NCBI GenBank assembly: GCA_001600815.1
Contig: BCKZ01000015.1
Span: forward strand, 248,001 to 312,000
Reading direction: 5' to 3'
From: Alloascoidea hylecoeti
Lineage: Eukaryota
Length of the DNA stretch: 64,000 nucleotides
Of the stretch, positions 11,453 through 23,400 are shown piece after piece (position 1 is the stretch's first letter; each line of letters begins with the position of its first letter). The notes beneath the pieces were generated by a model that made no database searches, was not told the DNA's origin, and worked only from the letters and a program-made list of their open reading frames with translations. A program made the translations under genes and the position numbers.

Positions 11453-12425
11453 AGATAATAGTCAATAATTTAATCAATGAAAAGGTGAAATTTACACATG
11501 GTACAACCCCTTAAATATCACTATGTTGTATTCCTATCTCTTCATATATTCCATTATCATTGCTCATGAGTAACATCTTTCGTTATGAGAACGGTCAGGG
11601 AAAAGTCGGTGATGAACTACTAGTCGTTCATTTTACACATGTATATTTTTGAAGTTCTAAAATGGCGTATTTACTTTACGAAGCAGCAAATTAATAACTT
11701 TCGAAAGCACAAAATATTGGGCTACCAATTCAAAAGCGAAGTAACGAAATAATTGTAAGACAAATGACGCAATTATCTTAAACAAAATGCCCAAATGACT
11801 AAATAGTTTGAAGAGAATTAACGAAATATGTATCACTGTAGAACTGAATATTGTAGAGTGTGGTTAAAATATAAATATATTCACAGATATGCCGAATTGG
11901 AAGGCGAAACAATAAAAATGAAATTACGAACCCTTTGCAATTACTCCGCAAAATGGTGAAAGTATATTCATACCTGTTCAATTTTGTGACGACATAACCC
12001 AAGGTTAAGCCAAAGAGCGAACTATGTGTCACCCGGGATTACTAATATTTAACTTTAAATATCCCCAAAGTGCACACACTAATTTGTCGAAATATCCCCT
12101 CCACGCAGAAAACTGTATCATTCAAACACAAACATATAGAGCTTATAAGGTTTTATAAGTATAAGGATTATAACCTTTATGAAGAGAAAGAAACAGGAAC
12201 TTTTGGAATAACTTCAACAGTCCCTAGATCTTTATATGGTTGATAACGATTGCATCCCAATTGAACACTTATCTATTAACTATAATTCATAAAATGATAA
12301 GTACTTTTACAATATTTTGGACAAGAGATAAGTTTAAGCGCTATACAATATGATCAGTGTTCAATAGTTAGAGTCACTGAAGCGTTAACATATGCATATA
12401 TCACAAATTAATCTTGGAATCATAA

Positions 12426-13394
12426 TTAGGGTTTTGGATCAGTGAGGATATCGTATTCTATTTCTGTTAAATAAGCAGGTAAAAAAGAAATTTCAGGTTC
12501 ACTTTTGGTATATAAAAACCGGTTCTCCCTCATAAATCTGGTACTTTTAATGACATCTGGGTCATCTTTATAATCATGATCATAAGTGTCAACATTAGCT
12601 TTACGACGACGTTTTGGTTCATATGAATCATATCTATCGCCAGGTCTCCATTTATCATCCTTAGACTGCCGCCTTGAATTTTCTGTAAAAGCTGGGGCGG
12701 CTTGTTTCTGCTTTTCTCGTACTTTCGCTTCAATTTCTCGCCGTTGATTTTCCTTTGATATTGCAGAATCAGAGGAGGTGGATTTTTTAATCTTACCCAA
12801 TGTTCCTAGAAGATGCCCAAACATTCTTTTACCTCGGCCCTTTTCTTCTTGTCGAATCTTTGATATTTGTGCCTTGTATATTTTATCTGATTTGGGTTCT
12901 GTAGGAATAGATTCCGAAGCTGGACTCATAGGTTTTTTTATACGATTTGATTCCAAATCTATTGTAGATTCCTTTGACATTTTATTTTCTGTTTCTTCTG
13001 TCATAGAACTAGAAGTTAAAATAGGTTCATTACATTTCGAATTTGCCTTATTCTCGTTGATGATAGGTTGATCATTATAATTGCTGTTGCTATCTTCCTC
13101 AATACCCATAGACGTATTAGACGTATCTTGAGGTTCAATTTCCCGTTGAGAATTTTCGAGAGAGATTTTCGGAGAATCTCTTTGTGAATATATCTGTAAA
13201 TTTCTCTCTGAATCTCCCTCTATCCGTAAATCCCTCTGTGAATCTTCTTGGTTTGAGATATTTACTGGTCCAAACTCATTTAATTTATCTAGCTTCTGCC
13301 TTTTTAAAATAACTATATTAATGTTTTCTTCTTCTAAACCAGTTGCATCTCTCTTCTTGTTTTCTTGTTTATCAATATTAGTCTCAGTAATCAT
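12426..13394 (-). CDS. Pinin/SDK/memA-domain protein (splicing/EJC-associated)
   Basis: EKGRGKRMFGHLLGTLGK followed by QRREIEAK and FLYTKSEPEISFLP, the conserved core of the pinin_SDK_memA domain. The N-terminus looks disordered. Confidence 0.8.
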   Translation of the reverse strand: MITETNIDKQENKKRDATGLEEENINIVILKRQKLDKLNEFGPVNISNQEDSQRDLRIEGDSERNLQIYSQRDSPKISLENSQREIEPQDTSNTSMGIEEDSNSNYNDQPIINENKANSKCNEPILTSSSMTEETENKMSKESTIDLESNRIKKPMSPASESIPTEPKSDKIYKAQISKIRQEEKGRGKRMFGHLLGTLGKIKKSTSSDSAISKENQRREIEAKVREKQKQAAPAFTENSRRQSKDDKWRPGDRYDSYEPKRRRKANVDTYDHDYKDDPDVIKSTRFMRENRFLYTKSEPEISFLPAYLTEIEYDILTDPKP

Positions 13395-13501
13395 TTAAGC
13401 AATCTATTAATAATAAAATTAATTTTACTGGTGAAAAAAGAAGAAAGTTTGTTGTTGTTTGGGTGCTTGGGTGTTTCGAGATGCCCTGCTTACTATTTTT
13501 T

Positions 13502-13534
13502 TGAAATTTTTTTCCTATTGACAGTGAAATTTTT
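13502..13534 (+). promoter_or_regulatory. RRPE-like elements upstream of MAK16
   Basis: TGAAATTTTT at 13502 and 13525, about 100-130 bp upstream of a ribosome-biogenesis gene. Confidence 0.55.
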
Positions 13535-13630
13535 TTTACGTTTAACTCATATCATATTAATTAATATTGAAGAAACTCTTCTCCACGTTTAGGCACAAAT
13601 ATTATTTCCAGTTATAGCATCACATAGAAG

Positions 13631-14671
13631 ATGTCTGACGATGTAAGTATTAAAGAATGCTTGCTATAGTTGTTTTCTTGTTGAGGTTTGGAATTTTGTA
13701 CTAATAAATGATCATATAGCTAATATGGCAAGTTATCAATAATCAATTTTGTTCTTTCAAGCTAAAAACTACAAAGAATCAGAATTTTTGCAGAAATGAA
13801 TATAATGTAAGTATTCAGTATTGAAGATCAATAAAATAAGACGATATTAACATGTGAATAAAAGGTTTCTGGACTATGTAGTAGACAATCATGCCCTTTG
13901 GCGAGTTCACGATATGCCACGGTGAAAAATGTTGATGGAAAATTGTATCTTTATATGAAGACGGTTGAAAGAGCTCATACACCAAATAGGTTATGGGAAA
14001 GGATTAAATTATCAAAACAATACTCAAGGGCTTTAGAACAGATTGATGAACATTTGATTTACTGGCCAAAGTTTCTGATTCATAAAAATAAACAAAGACT
14101 TACAAGATTAACACAGGTTGCTATTACTGAACGACGCTTGGCATTGAAAGACGAGGAAAGACATTATGTTGGTGTAAAACACAAAGTAAAGCGAAGAGAA
14201 GCTACGAGAGAAAGAAAAGCACTCGCTGCTGCTAAAATCGAAAAGGCAATTGAGAAAGAGTTATTAGACAGGCTCAAGAGTGGTGCATACGGAGAAAAGC
14301 CATTGAATGTGGATGAAAAGATATGGAAGAAAGTATTGTCTGGAATGGGAGAAGCAGATGAAGACGAAGACGAAGATGAAGACGAGGATGAAGATGAAGA
14401 AGATAGTGATGTTGGAGAAATCGAGTTTGTCGAGGAAGAAGAAGACGAACTAGTTGATATGGAGGATTTGGAACAATGGCTCGGGGATGAAAGTGATGAA
14501 AGTGAAGAAGCCGGCTCTGATTCTGATTCCGATTCCGATTCCGACTCGGAGGAAGAAGTCAGCAAGAGAAGAAAACGACAGAGAAAAGGACCTTCACGAG
14601 TTGAGATTGAGTATGAGAACGAGCACGAGAGAAGTGCAAATCCTGTTTCACTTACTAATGTTGACTTTTGA
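13631..14671 (+). CDS. MAK16: 60S biogenesis factor Mak16; 3 exons (13631-13642, 13720-13806, 13865-14671)
   Basis: [68 protein letters not shown], with an acidic tail. Introns are GTAAGT..TAG and GTAAGT..AAG. Confidence 0.96.
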
Positions 14672-15026
14672 TTATACTCGTCTTGTTCATAATCTTTTCT
14701 TTTGGCTGTAAATTATTTTTCATTTGTTATACAACAATTCCATATAAAGTTGGGTTTAGTCTATTATTAAACTTAAATATAATACAACATGACATATAGT
14801 ATTCTTATCTCGATGATACTCAGTGTATTATAGTACTGTTTGTATTTATTATATTTATTGTAATTAGTAAATCATTTTCTTCGTATTAGTCGACATGAAG
14901 ATGTACGGATGTCAGCCTGACACGCAAAATAAAAAACAATGTTAACGTAGAATATTAATGGGACGAGTACTAATTATTTTCCATATTCATTTTGTCCACA
15001 AACTCCACTAGCTCCTTGCAATTGTG

Positions 15027-18000
15027 ATGTCTAAAGACTCTCCCCAATCGAATCCGTTTGCTGATCCTTCACATTTAAGGCCTGAAAACCCATTCCAAAG
15101 CTCGGACGGACTTTCAGTTGATAGTGATGAAACTCGTGGCCTTTCAAGAAATGCATCTGCTGCCTCCTGGGCTGGTTATGGCCCGTCAACGAGTGAAATG
15201 GACGTCCCTTTGAATGGAAGTGACCCAGAAAAGAAGAAACCATCTCTATCATTCCTAGCCTGGGCTGGCTCCCTGCTACACAGATCCTCGGACCAAGACG
15301 ATGGTCCGAGGTTTGTCTATTTGAATCAACAAGCTGCCAACCAAGCCTCTAATTTTGCTGATAACCACATTAGTACAACTAAATATAATGCCTTTACTTT
15401 CTTGCCCAAATTTCTGTTCGAACAATTTTCCAAATATTCCAATTTGTTTTTTTTATTAACTGCTATTATTCAACAAGTCCCCAATGTTTCCCCTACAAAT
15501 AAATATACAACTGTTGGAACTTTGCTCGTTGTGCTGTTAGTTTCAGCTGTTAAGGAGTCCATCGAGGATGTTAAAAGAGCGAAAGCTGATAGTGAACTCA
15601 ACAAATCTTCAACTGACGTTCTAATAAACGGGCAGTTTGTACCTACAAAATGGAATAAAGTGGCCGTGGGTGACATCGTTCGTGTTAAATCCGAAGAACC
15701 TCTTCCTGCGGATATTGTAATTTTCACCTCGTCTGAACCAGAAGGCCTATGCTATGTAGAAACAGCTAATCTTGATGGTGAAACAAACTTGAAAATCAAA
15801 CAAGCTCGTTCTGAAACGAGTAATTTGATTTCTCCAGAAGCCCTCTCCCGTGTTAGAGGTGTTTTAGAATCAGAGCCTCCTAATTCAAGTTTATACACAT
15901 ATGAAGCCACATTAAAACTAGAGAACGAAAATAGTACAGATGTGAAACAAATCCCTCTAAGCCCCGATCAATTACTTTTAAGAGGTGCAACTTTAAGAAA
16001 TACTCCCTGGGTTCATGGTATTGTTGTTTTCACTGGCCATGAAACTAAGCTAATGAGAAATGCGACTGCGACACCCATCAAGACTACTTCTGTTGACCAC
16101 ATTATTAACCAACAAACTATTGCTCTTTTTGCCCTTTTAATATTTTTATCTGTTATTTCAAGTATGGGTGACGTCATTACTCTATCAACTAAAATGGATC
16201 ACTTGGGGTATTTGGAATTGGAGAATTATAATAAAGCTAAACTCTTTTTTCAGGATATCTTGACTTACTGGATTCTTTACTCAAATCTGGTCCCGATCAG
16301 TATGTTTGTCACCGTTGAGTGTGTTAAATTATACCAGGCTTATCTTATCGGCTCTGACCTAGACATATATTATGAGGAAACTGATACCCCTACGGTTTGC
16401 AGAACTTCAAGTTTAGTAGAGGAACTAGGTCAAGTTGAATATATCTTTTCTGATAAAACCGGAACTCTAACACGAAATATCATGGAATTTAGATGTTGTT
16501 CAATTGCTGGAAGGTGTTATATTCAAGATGTTGCCGAGGATCGAAAGGCAGTCATTGTAGATGGAATCGAATCAGGTTTTCATACCTTTCAAGAGTTAGA
16601 ACAAGATAAGTTTTCAGAAAATGGCGGCTACATAAGAGAATTTCTTACTTTATTGGCTTCCTGTCATACCGTTATTCCAGAAGTTAAAGATGATACGATC
16701 AAATATCAAGCTGCTTCCCCTGATGAGGGTGCATTGGTTCAGGGCGCTAAAGACCTAGGATACGAATTCATTATTCGAAGACCAAAGACAATAACAGTTA
16801 AAGTAGATGAAAAACAATTAGAATATGAATTATTAAACATTTGTGAATTTAATTCTACAAGAAAGAGAATGTCTGCAATATTTAGATGTCCAGATGGTAG
16901 AATTAGAATATATTGCAAAGGTGCTGATACTGTTATTCTTGAACGTTTAGTAGCAGATAGTGATTTTGTTGAAGCCACAAGTAGGCATTTGGAGGATTTT
17001 GCTGCTGATGGTTTAAGAACCTTATGTTTAGCTATGAGAATTGTTGCAGAAGAAGAATATATACAATGGTCTCAACTTTATGAAAAAGCTTCTACTACTT
17101 TAGTTAATCGTAGTGAAGAATTGGAAAAGGTTGCTGAAATAATTGAAAAGGATTTCCACTTACTTGGTGCTACTGCCATTGAAGATAAATTACAAGATGG
17201 TGTTCCCGAAACAATTCATACATTGCAAACAGCGGGTATCAAAATTTGGATTTTGACTGGAGATAGACAAGAAACCGCTATTAACATTGGTTTGAGTTGC
17301 AAACTGTTAAGTGAGGATATGAATTTATTGATTGTTAATGAAGAAACAAAAGAAGCAACAAAAGAAAATATACGAAAAAAGGTTTCCATAATTCAAGGTC
17401 ATCAATTATCAACATCCGAAGAAAATTCATTAGCTCTAGTTATTGATGGTAAATCTCTTGGTTATGCCTTAGAACCTGATATCGAGGAAGATTTGTTAGA
17501 ACTAGGGGTCGCCTGTAAAGCCGTTATTTGTTGTAGAGTCTCTCCTCTACAGAAAGCTCTAGTGGTGAAGCTCGTGAAAAAATACAAGAAGAAATCGGTT
17601 CTACTATCTATAGGGGATGGTGCTAATGATGTTAGTATGATTCAAGCCGCCCATGTTGGTGTTGGTATTAGTGGTATGGAAGGAATGCAAGCCGCTAGAA
17701 GCGCCGATGTTGCTATCGGTCAGTTTAAATACCTGAGGAAACTTCTTTTGGTTCATGGAGCCTGGAGTTATCACCGACTTAGTCAATGTATTTTATATTC
17801 TTTTTACAAAAATATTGTCTTGTACTTGACCCAATTTTGGTTTGTTTTCCACGATGGGTTTTCTGGTCAATCTATTTATGAATCTTGGACTCTTACATTT
17901 TATAATGTTTTCTTTACTGTTTTCCCACCATTTGTTATGGGAGTTTTTGATCAATTTGTAAACGCTCGACTTTTAGATAGATACCCTCAACTTTATCAAT

Positions 18001-18692
18001 TGGGTCAGAAAGGTCAATTTTTGACCATTAGAGGGTTTTGGGGTTGGATTATAAATGGCGTTTACCACTCTTTTATTATATATGTAGGGTCTTTCTGCAT
18101 ATATAGTTATGGTGCTCAGCGATCGGATGGATTGGTTATGGATCATTGGGCTTGGGGTGTTGCTGCTTTTACTGCTTGTGTTTTTACGGCATTGGGAAAA
18201 GCTGCTTTGGTGACCACCGTTTGGACGAAATTTACGGTATTATCTATCCCAGGTTCAATCGCTCTTTGGTTAGTGTTGTTTCCTATTTATGCCATTGTGG
18301 CTCCTCTAATTAATGTTTCCACTGAATATGAGGGTATTGTACCTTACACCTTTGGATCCTGGGTATATTGGGCTTGCTCTATTGTTTTACCAGCCTTGTG
18401 TCTTCTTAGAGATATTGCATGGAAATACTATAGGCGTATGTATCGACCGGCGCCCTATCATTATGTCCAGGAAATCCAGAAATTTAATATTGCTGATTAT
18501 CGTCCAAGAATGGAACAGTTTCAAAAAGCAATTAGAAAAGTTAGACAGGTTCAAAGAATGCGTAAACAGAGGGGATTTGCATTTTCCCAAGCAGATGAAG
18601 GACAGGAGAGAATTATTAGAGCTTATGACACTACACAAAAGAGAGGAATTTATGGTGAAATGAGAGACACTAATGAAGTATCTGAATTCTAG
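15027..18692 (+). CDS. DRS2: P4-ATPase phospholipid flippase
   Basis: Motifs NLDGETNLK, PISM, SDKTGTLT, WILTGD and GDGANDV, plus the Drs2-specific C-terminal YHYVQEIQK..RKQRGFAFSQ. Adjacent to MAK16. Confidence 0.96.
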   Translation: MSKDSPQSNPFADPSHLRPENPFQSSDGLSVDSDETRGLSRNASAASWAGYGPSTSEMDVPLNGSDPEKKKPSLSFLAWAGSLLHRSSDQDDGPRFVYLNQQAANQASNFADNHISTTKYNAFTFLPKFLFEQFSKYSNLFFLLTAIIQQVPNVSPTNKYTTVGTLLVVLLVSAVKESIEDVKRAKADSELNKSSTDVLINGQFVPTKWNKVAVGDIVRVKSEEPLPADIVIFTSSEPEGLCYVETANLDGETNLKIKQARSETSNLISPEALSRVRGVLESEPPNSSLYTYEATLKLENENSTDVKQIPLSPDQLLLRGATLRNTPWVHGIVVFTGHETKLMRNATATPIKTTSVDHIINQQTIALFALLIFLSVISSMGDVITLSTKMDHLGYLELENYNKAKLFFQDILTYWILYSNLVPISMFVTVECVKLYQAYLIGSDLDIYYEETDTPTVCRTSSLVEELGQVEYIFSDKTGTLTRNIMEFRCCSIAGRCYIQDVAEDRKAVIVDGIESGFHTFQELEQDKFSENGGYIREFLTLLASCHTVIPEVKDDTIKYQAASPDEGALVQGAKDLGYEFIIRRPKTITVKVDEKQLEYELLNICEFNSTRKRMSAIFRCPDGRIRIYCKGADTVILERLVADSDFVEATSRHLEDFAADGLRTLCLAMRIVAEEEYIQWSQLYEKASTTLVNRSEELEKVAEIIEKDFHLLGATAIEDKLQDGVPETIHTLQTAGIKIWILTGDRQETAINIGLSCKLLSEDMNLLIVNEETKEATKENIRKKVSIIQGHQLSTSEENSLALVIDGKSLGYALEPDIEEDLLELGVACKAVICCRVSPLQKALVVKLVKKYKKKSVLLSIGDGANDVSMIQAAHVGVGISGMEGMQAARSADVAIGQFKYLRKLLLVHGAWSYHRLSQCILYSFYKNIVLYLTQFWFVFHDGFSGQSIYESWTLTFYNVFFTVFPPFVMGVFDQFVNARLLDRYPQLYQLGQKGQFLTIRGFWGWIINGVYHSFIIYVGSFCIYSYGAQRSDGLVMDHWAWGVAAFTACVFTALGKAALVTTVWTKFTVLSIPGSIALWLVLFPIYAIVAPLINVSTEYEGIVPYTFGSWVYWACSIVLPALCLLRDIAWKYYRRMYRPAPYHYVQEIQKFNIADYRPRMEQFQKAIRKVRQVQRMRKQRGFAFSQADEGQERIIRAYDTTQKRGIYGEMRDTNEVSEF

Positions 18693-19139
18693 GAAAAACA
18701 TGAAATTATAATAACAATAGTTAAATTTAGCTGGCTCAGTTTAGTCCAGAAAGATTTTGGTTTCGAATACATCTTGCGATCGCATTTTTTTTCAATTGAC
18801 TTATTTTCGTTTGAAAAGTTAAGCATTAATATTAATTGATTTAGAGGACAGATGATGAAACTATATGGAACTTGATAATAGTTCAAAGATAATAAGATAA
18901 AGGATGAATTCCGGATTATTAGTTATAGACTCTATATAACATTTGCATTTGCATTTGAAATGAAAATTGTCTTTTTTTTTTTGGCTCCATTACAAAGGCG
19001 CCTTTTCCATTGAATATATCATTATTATTTTTATTATTTCTTAGAATATTCCACTTGAATAATATAATAATAGTCATGTGAAAAGTTTCATGTGTAATAT
19101 GGCCATACGGTATATGGATACCACCATTATAACTTGGGG

Positions 19140-19976
19140 GTTGAATTTACGACTTTCATGATATTAGTATGGTTTCGGGTAAATCAACACCTCTTTCTAG
19201 GCGTCACAACAAAAATGCCATATTAAATCTATATAGTCCTTTTCTTCTTGCATAGATTATCGCTGGTATAAAAATATTTCTGATCTGTAGAGAATCTCTT
19301 TGCTGAGACTCTGGAACGTCATATTCTACCCTATTGAAGACTAACAACCTCCTCTGTAGGAAAAAAACAGTAACAGTTAAAACCTTGTTTCATCACGATT
19401 ATGACACTCGCTATTAAGGCTCCCCTGTACCTTTTTTTATACCACCGCTCAAGGTCTTCTTTATCATACTAAGAAACCGATATGCGTCTAATCCCTTTGA
19501 TTTCTTTTATACCAATCTTCATATTCCTCTTTAGATAGCTATCCGCCCAATTAGCACATAATTGGTAATAATGATATGTTCTTTGTTAGCTTTTTGGTGG
19601 TGGGTACAGCGTGCTCCGATCAACCAACTAACCTACGAAACAATAAATCAGTTCTTTGTCGGCCATTTTTGCATAGTAGAGAACCACGTTAGTTCGTCGA
19701 TTCCCTTCGGTATCAGTCGAAGTTTGGAAGCTTCTTTAGCTCTTGATGGGGATTATCCACTACATTGTTACAACATTGGAGGATTAAATGGGATAATCTC
19801 TAGAAATATATTTAATCTGTATGTTCAGCTAAGGATGACTAGTACTTCTTGTCATGGCTTTCAGCATTCTCACTTACTTGTCTCTTGATGCAAGTGCTCT
19901 GAGATAACTCTTCGATTTTCCCACCGTTGGCGGTTGTGAAAAAGAAAACCGGGTATTTTTAAAAGTCCGGTCCCTA
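19140..19976 (-). mobile_element. Degenerate pogo/Fot1-type (Tc1/mariner superfamily) transposase remnant
   Basis: Minus-strand fragments NWADSYLKR, EDLERWY and N.DETRF (19394-19380). The ~67-bp block 19379-19312 is clearly homologous to 37153-37219, which follows a DETGF motif. Confidence 0.6.
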
Positions 19977-20403
19977 GTCTAACCGATTACAATTGGAACA
20001 CCATTATACTACTATGGTACATGTGTAGCTACTCCAACTACATTCAGATATTCTTTAGATTTAAAATAATAATACAATTATATTAGTATATATGGAGATG
20101 AAAACTCGAGAGAAAATGTTACATTATTGAACAAGATAAGAAAATAAACTCCAAATATAAGAATGAACTCATAAAGTAAACAAAAATTTATGATGATTAT
20201 AAAGAAATTAAAACATAATTAAGAACCAAATGAAGATAACTTTTTAAAAACGGCGAAATGATAATGAGAATTAGAAAAAAAAAAGCGAATAATAAATAGT
20301 AAAATAAATTTTATTTATATAAATTGCAAATAAGACGGAAAAGGTGATATAAATATTATCAATGACATTTAAATTAATATAATGTAAAATAATAGATAGT
20401 AAA

Positions 20404-23400
20404 TTATGGATCAATCATATATCCGTAACATAAGTCCATTTCTTCTTGTGTTAAAGATTTAATATAAAGACATTTTGATAAAATATCTTCATTTTTTTCA
20501 AATGTATAAAAATTAGACCATTCAATATATTGAATTAATGTTTTAACTATTGATGCACTTTTTTGAAACTTTGAAAAATTAATTAAATTATCATCATTGT
20601 CTTTTGGATAACTAGCATAGTCTATTTTTTTCAAATCTTTTGATACGTTTTCAATTTCTATATTGTTTTGAATGTTGTGTTCAGTTTCAAGTTCAGTTTC
20701 ACGTTCATGTTCAAGTTCAAATTCAGGTTCAGTTGTTTCTGATTGTTTTTGATCTAATTTGGTTTCTGTTATGGAATTAACTGGAGATAACGGTAAAGTA
20801 GGATCCGATACATTATTTGCTACTTTAGTGGTTATTAATGATTCAGAAGAATTAAGATTTGTTATATAAGTTGGTCTTTCGGCATTAAAAGTAAGGTCAG
20901 ATAAATATAAACCAACAAAAGGAATACAACCCTTTTCAGGTTTAATATCTTTTAATTCTTGTCTTAAATTATTAAAATTTTTAAAAGGCCAAACAATTTT
21001 CTCCAATTCCATTAATATTTTCATATCTTCATTATTAATTAATTTCCAAGTATTTTTCAATTTCAATAGCCTTTCAGAAGATAAACCTAATACAATTTGC
21101 ATTAAAGTTGAAAAATTTTGATATTCTTTTGCTCTTTGAGCAATATGAATAAATCTTGATAATGTATGAATGCGTTCCCTTAAAGTTTTTGTCAATAAAA
21201 CTTCTGATATAACCCAATTTACCATTAAATTAAAACGCGATATAACTAATTCAACACCTTGAGACTTTCTTTCAATTAATAATTCCAACCAACTTTGAAT
21301 TGGTTCAATTTTTTGATTCCATTTCATTTCAATAATTTCTTTCCAATCAATTTCAGCTAATGCATCTTTTTCAATAAGTGTAAATTGTTTTGCTAAATCT
21401 TCAGAACTATAACTTAAAATAAATGGAACATGCCTATTTTCGTTCATAATTTGAGTAACACTTAATATACTCATATTTGAACCAATGCCAAAGCTTAATT
21501 CTGATTTATTATTATTATAATTAAACACGGGTGGTGACATTAAAGGAGGTGATAATAATTTTTTTCTAGTATCATCATCATCATCATCTTCTTCTTCTTC
21601 TTCTTCATTTTCAATTTCACCATCAGGTTCTGAAATACTCGAATCTCTAATTTCTTCTTCTTCAGAAGCTGTTTCATTTAAACTTTTATTTTTTTTCAAT
21701 TCATCATTTTGTTTTTGTTGTTGCTGTTTATAAGTACCTTCTAATTTCATTAATGTTACTTTTAAAGCATCTTCATCAAGGCTTTCATCAGGAATAGCGG
21801 CTAATTTAGCAACAGCGTTTGCATCAACACCGGGAGGATAAGTTAAAGGGCTTGAATCCGATACTGTATCAGAACAAACACTTATATTTGATAATGATTT
21901 TCTATTTTGATTATCACCTGGTGGAGTTAACATTAGAGAAGCTGAGGATGATAAGTCAATTGGTATTGTTGATATGATATTATTGTTATGTATTATATTA
22001 TTTGAATTTTCAACATCTATTGGAACCATAAATGAACTTGCAGCTTCAAATAAAGAGGATGGAACAGAATGAACACTACCAATATATTCTGAACTAATAT
22101 CAGAAAAATCTGCATTTTGACGAAGATTAGTTATGCCAGTTCTTTTTCTCAAACCACCACCTCCTCCGATATTGACACTATTTACAGGTGTATCATCAAA
22201 TATTGATGAATCATCACGAGATTTGTATTTTGATGAAATTTGTTCATCAACAGGACTTGAAGTTTGTCTTGAAAATACAGAATCATAAGATAAATGAGAA
22301 TAAATTGTTCTTGATGACATTATACTTTGTCTATTATTAGTACTGAAGGAAGAGGTTGCCCCATGCAGTTGCTGTTGATTATGTTGATAAATTGAAGAAA
22401 GTAATTTTGGTTTTTGAGAATTTATTGAAAAATCGGTCATTTCAGAAACATTCAAAGAATCAATAAATGAATTTCTCAAATTTGAGTCATTTAATTTTAC
22501 GTCATTTAAAATATTATTTGATGGAGTGATTAATGATAATGATGAATTTGAATGAGGTGATAAATTATTATTAACATAATTATGATTTATTGTATCTTGA
22601 TTTAATTGTTTTGGCGTTGCAACATTACTAATGTGATAGTCTTCTGAAGGTAACACCTCACCACTTATATGAGGATTATGATTAGTAATATTATTATCAC
22701 GTGTTAATATCGATTTATTTGATTCAAGTTGATATTCTTCTTCTTGTTTTGCGATTAATAATTGCAGTTCTTGAATAACCATTGCTCCTAATACATCAAG
22801 TCTTGGTTTTTCAATTTCAGTATTTGTTAAATTATTAATTGAATTATCATTATCATTTTCATCTTCATCTTCATCTACTTGTAATCCATTTTCAATTTGG
22901 TTTCCATCTACCTGTAACTCATTTTCTTCATCATTTTCAGCTTCAGGTAGTTCAGGCTCGGGTAATTGAAGTTCAAAATTTTCATCATTTGATAATCTTG
23001 GAGATACTGAATCATTTAAAGCACTTTCTTTCCTTTTATGTTTATGTTTTTCAGCATTTAAAGAAGAATTTTTTTTTAATAAATTTTTTTGTTTTTTTTG
23101 AGGCTCAATTGATGCAACTTTTGCAATGAAAGTTGATAATTTTTTATTTTTCCTTGAGATTGTTGCTTTCCAACCAGTTCTTTGATGATGATGGTGTAAT
23201 TTTGATTCTTCTTCAATTGGCTGTAATATTTCATAGTCATTATTGATATTGTTATTAGTAGTAGCAATAGTATTTATTCGTTGTTCATTATCTTCAGTTT
23301 CCGTTTCCGTTTCAGTTTCAGTTTCATCTTCAGTCTCATCAGGAGTATCTATAGGAGTAGGAGGTATTATGGTATCAATGCTTGAATTTGAAGGTAATGG

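Noticed and set aside
14164..14565. 133-aa poly-Ser ORF on the minus strand
   Set aside because: Antisense shadow of the acidic GAA/GAT-rich tail of MAK16. The other short antisense ORFs inside long genes were rejected for the same reason.
19562..19888. 108-aa ORF on the + strand
   Set aside because: Non-ATG start, no recognisable motif, and it is antisense to the transposase relic.
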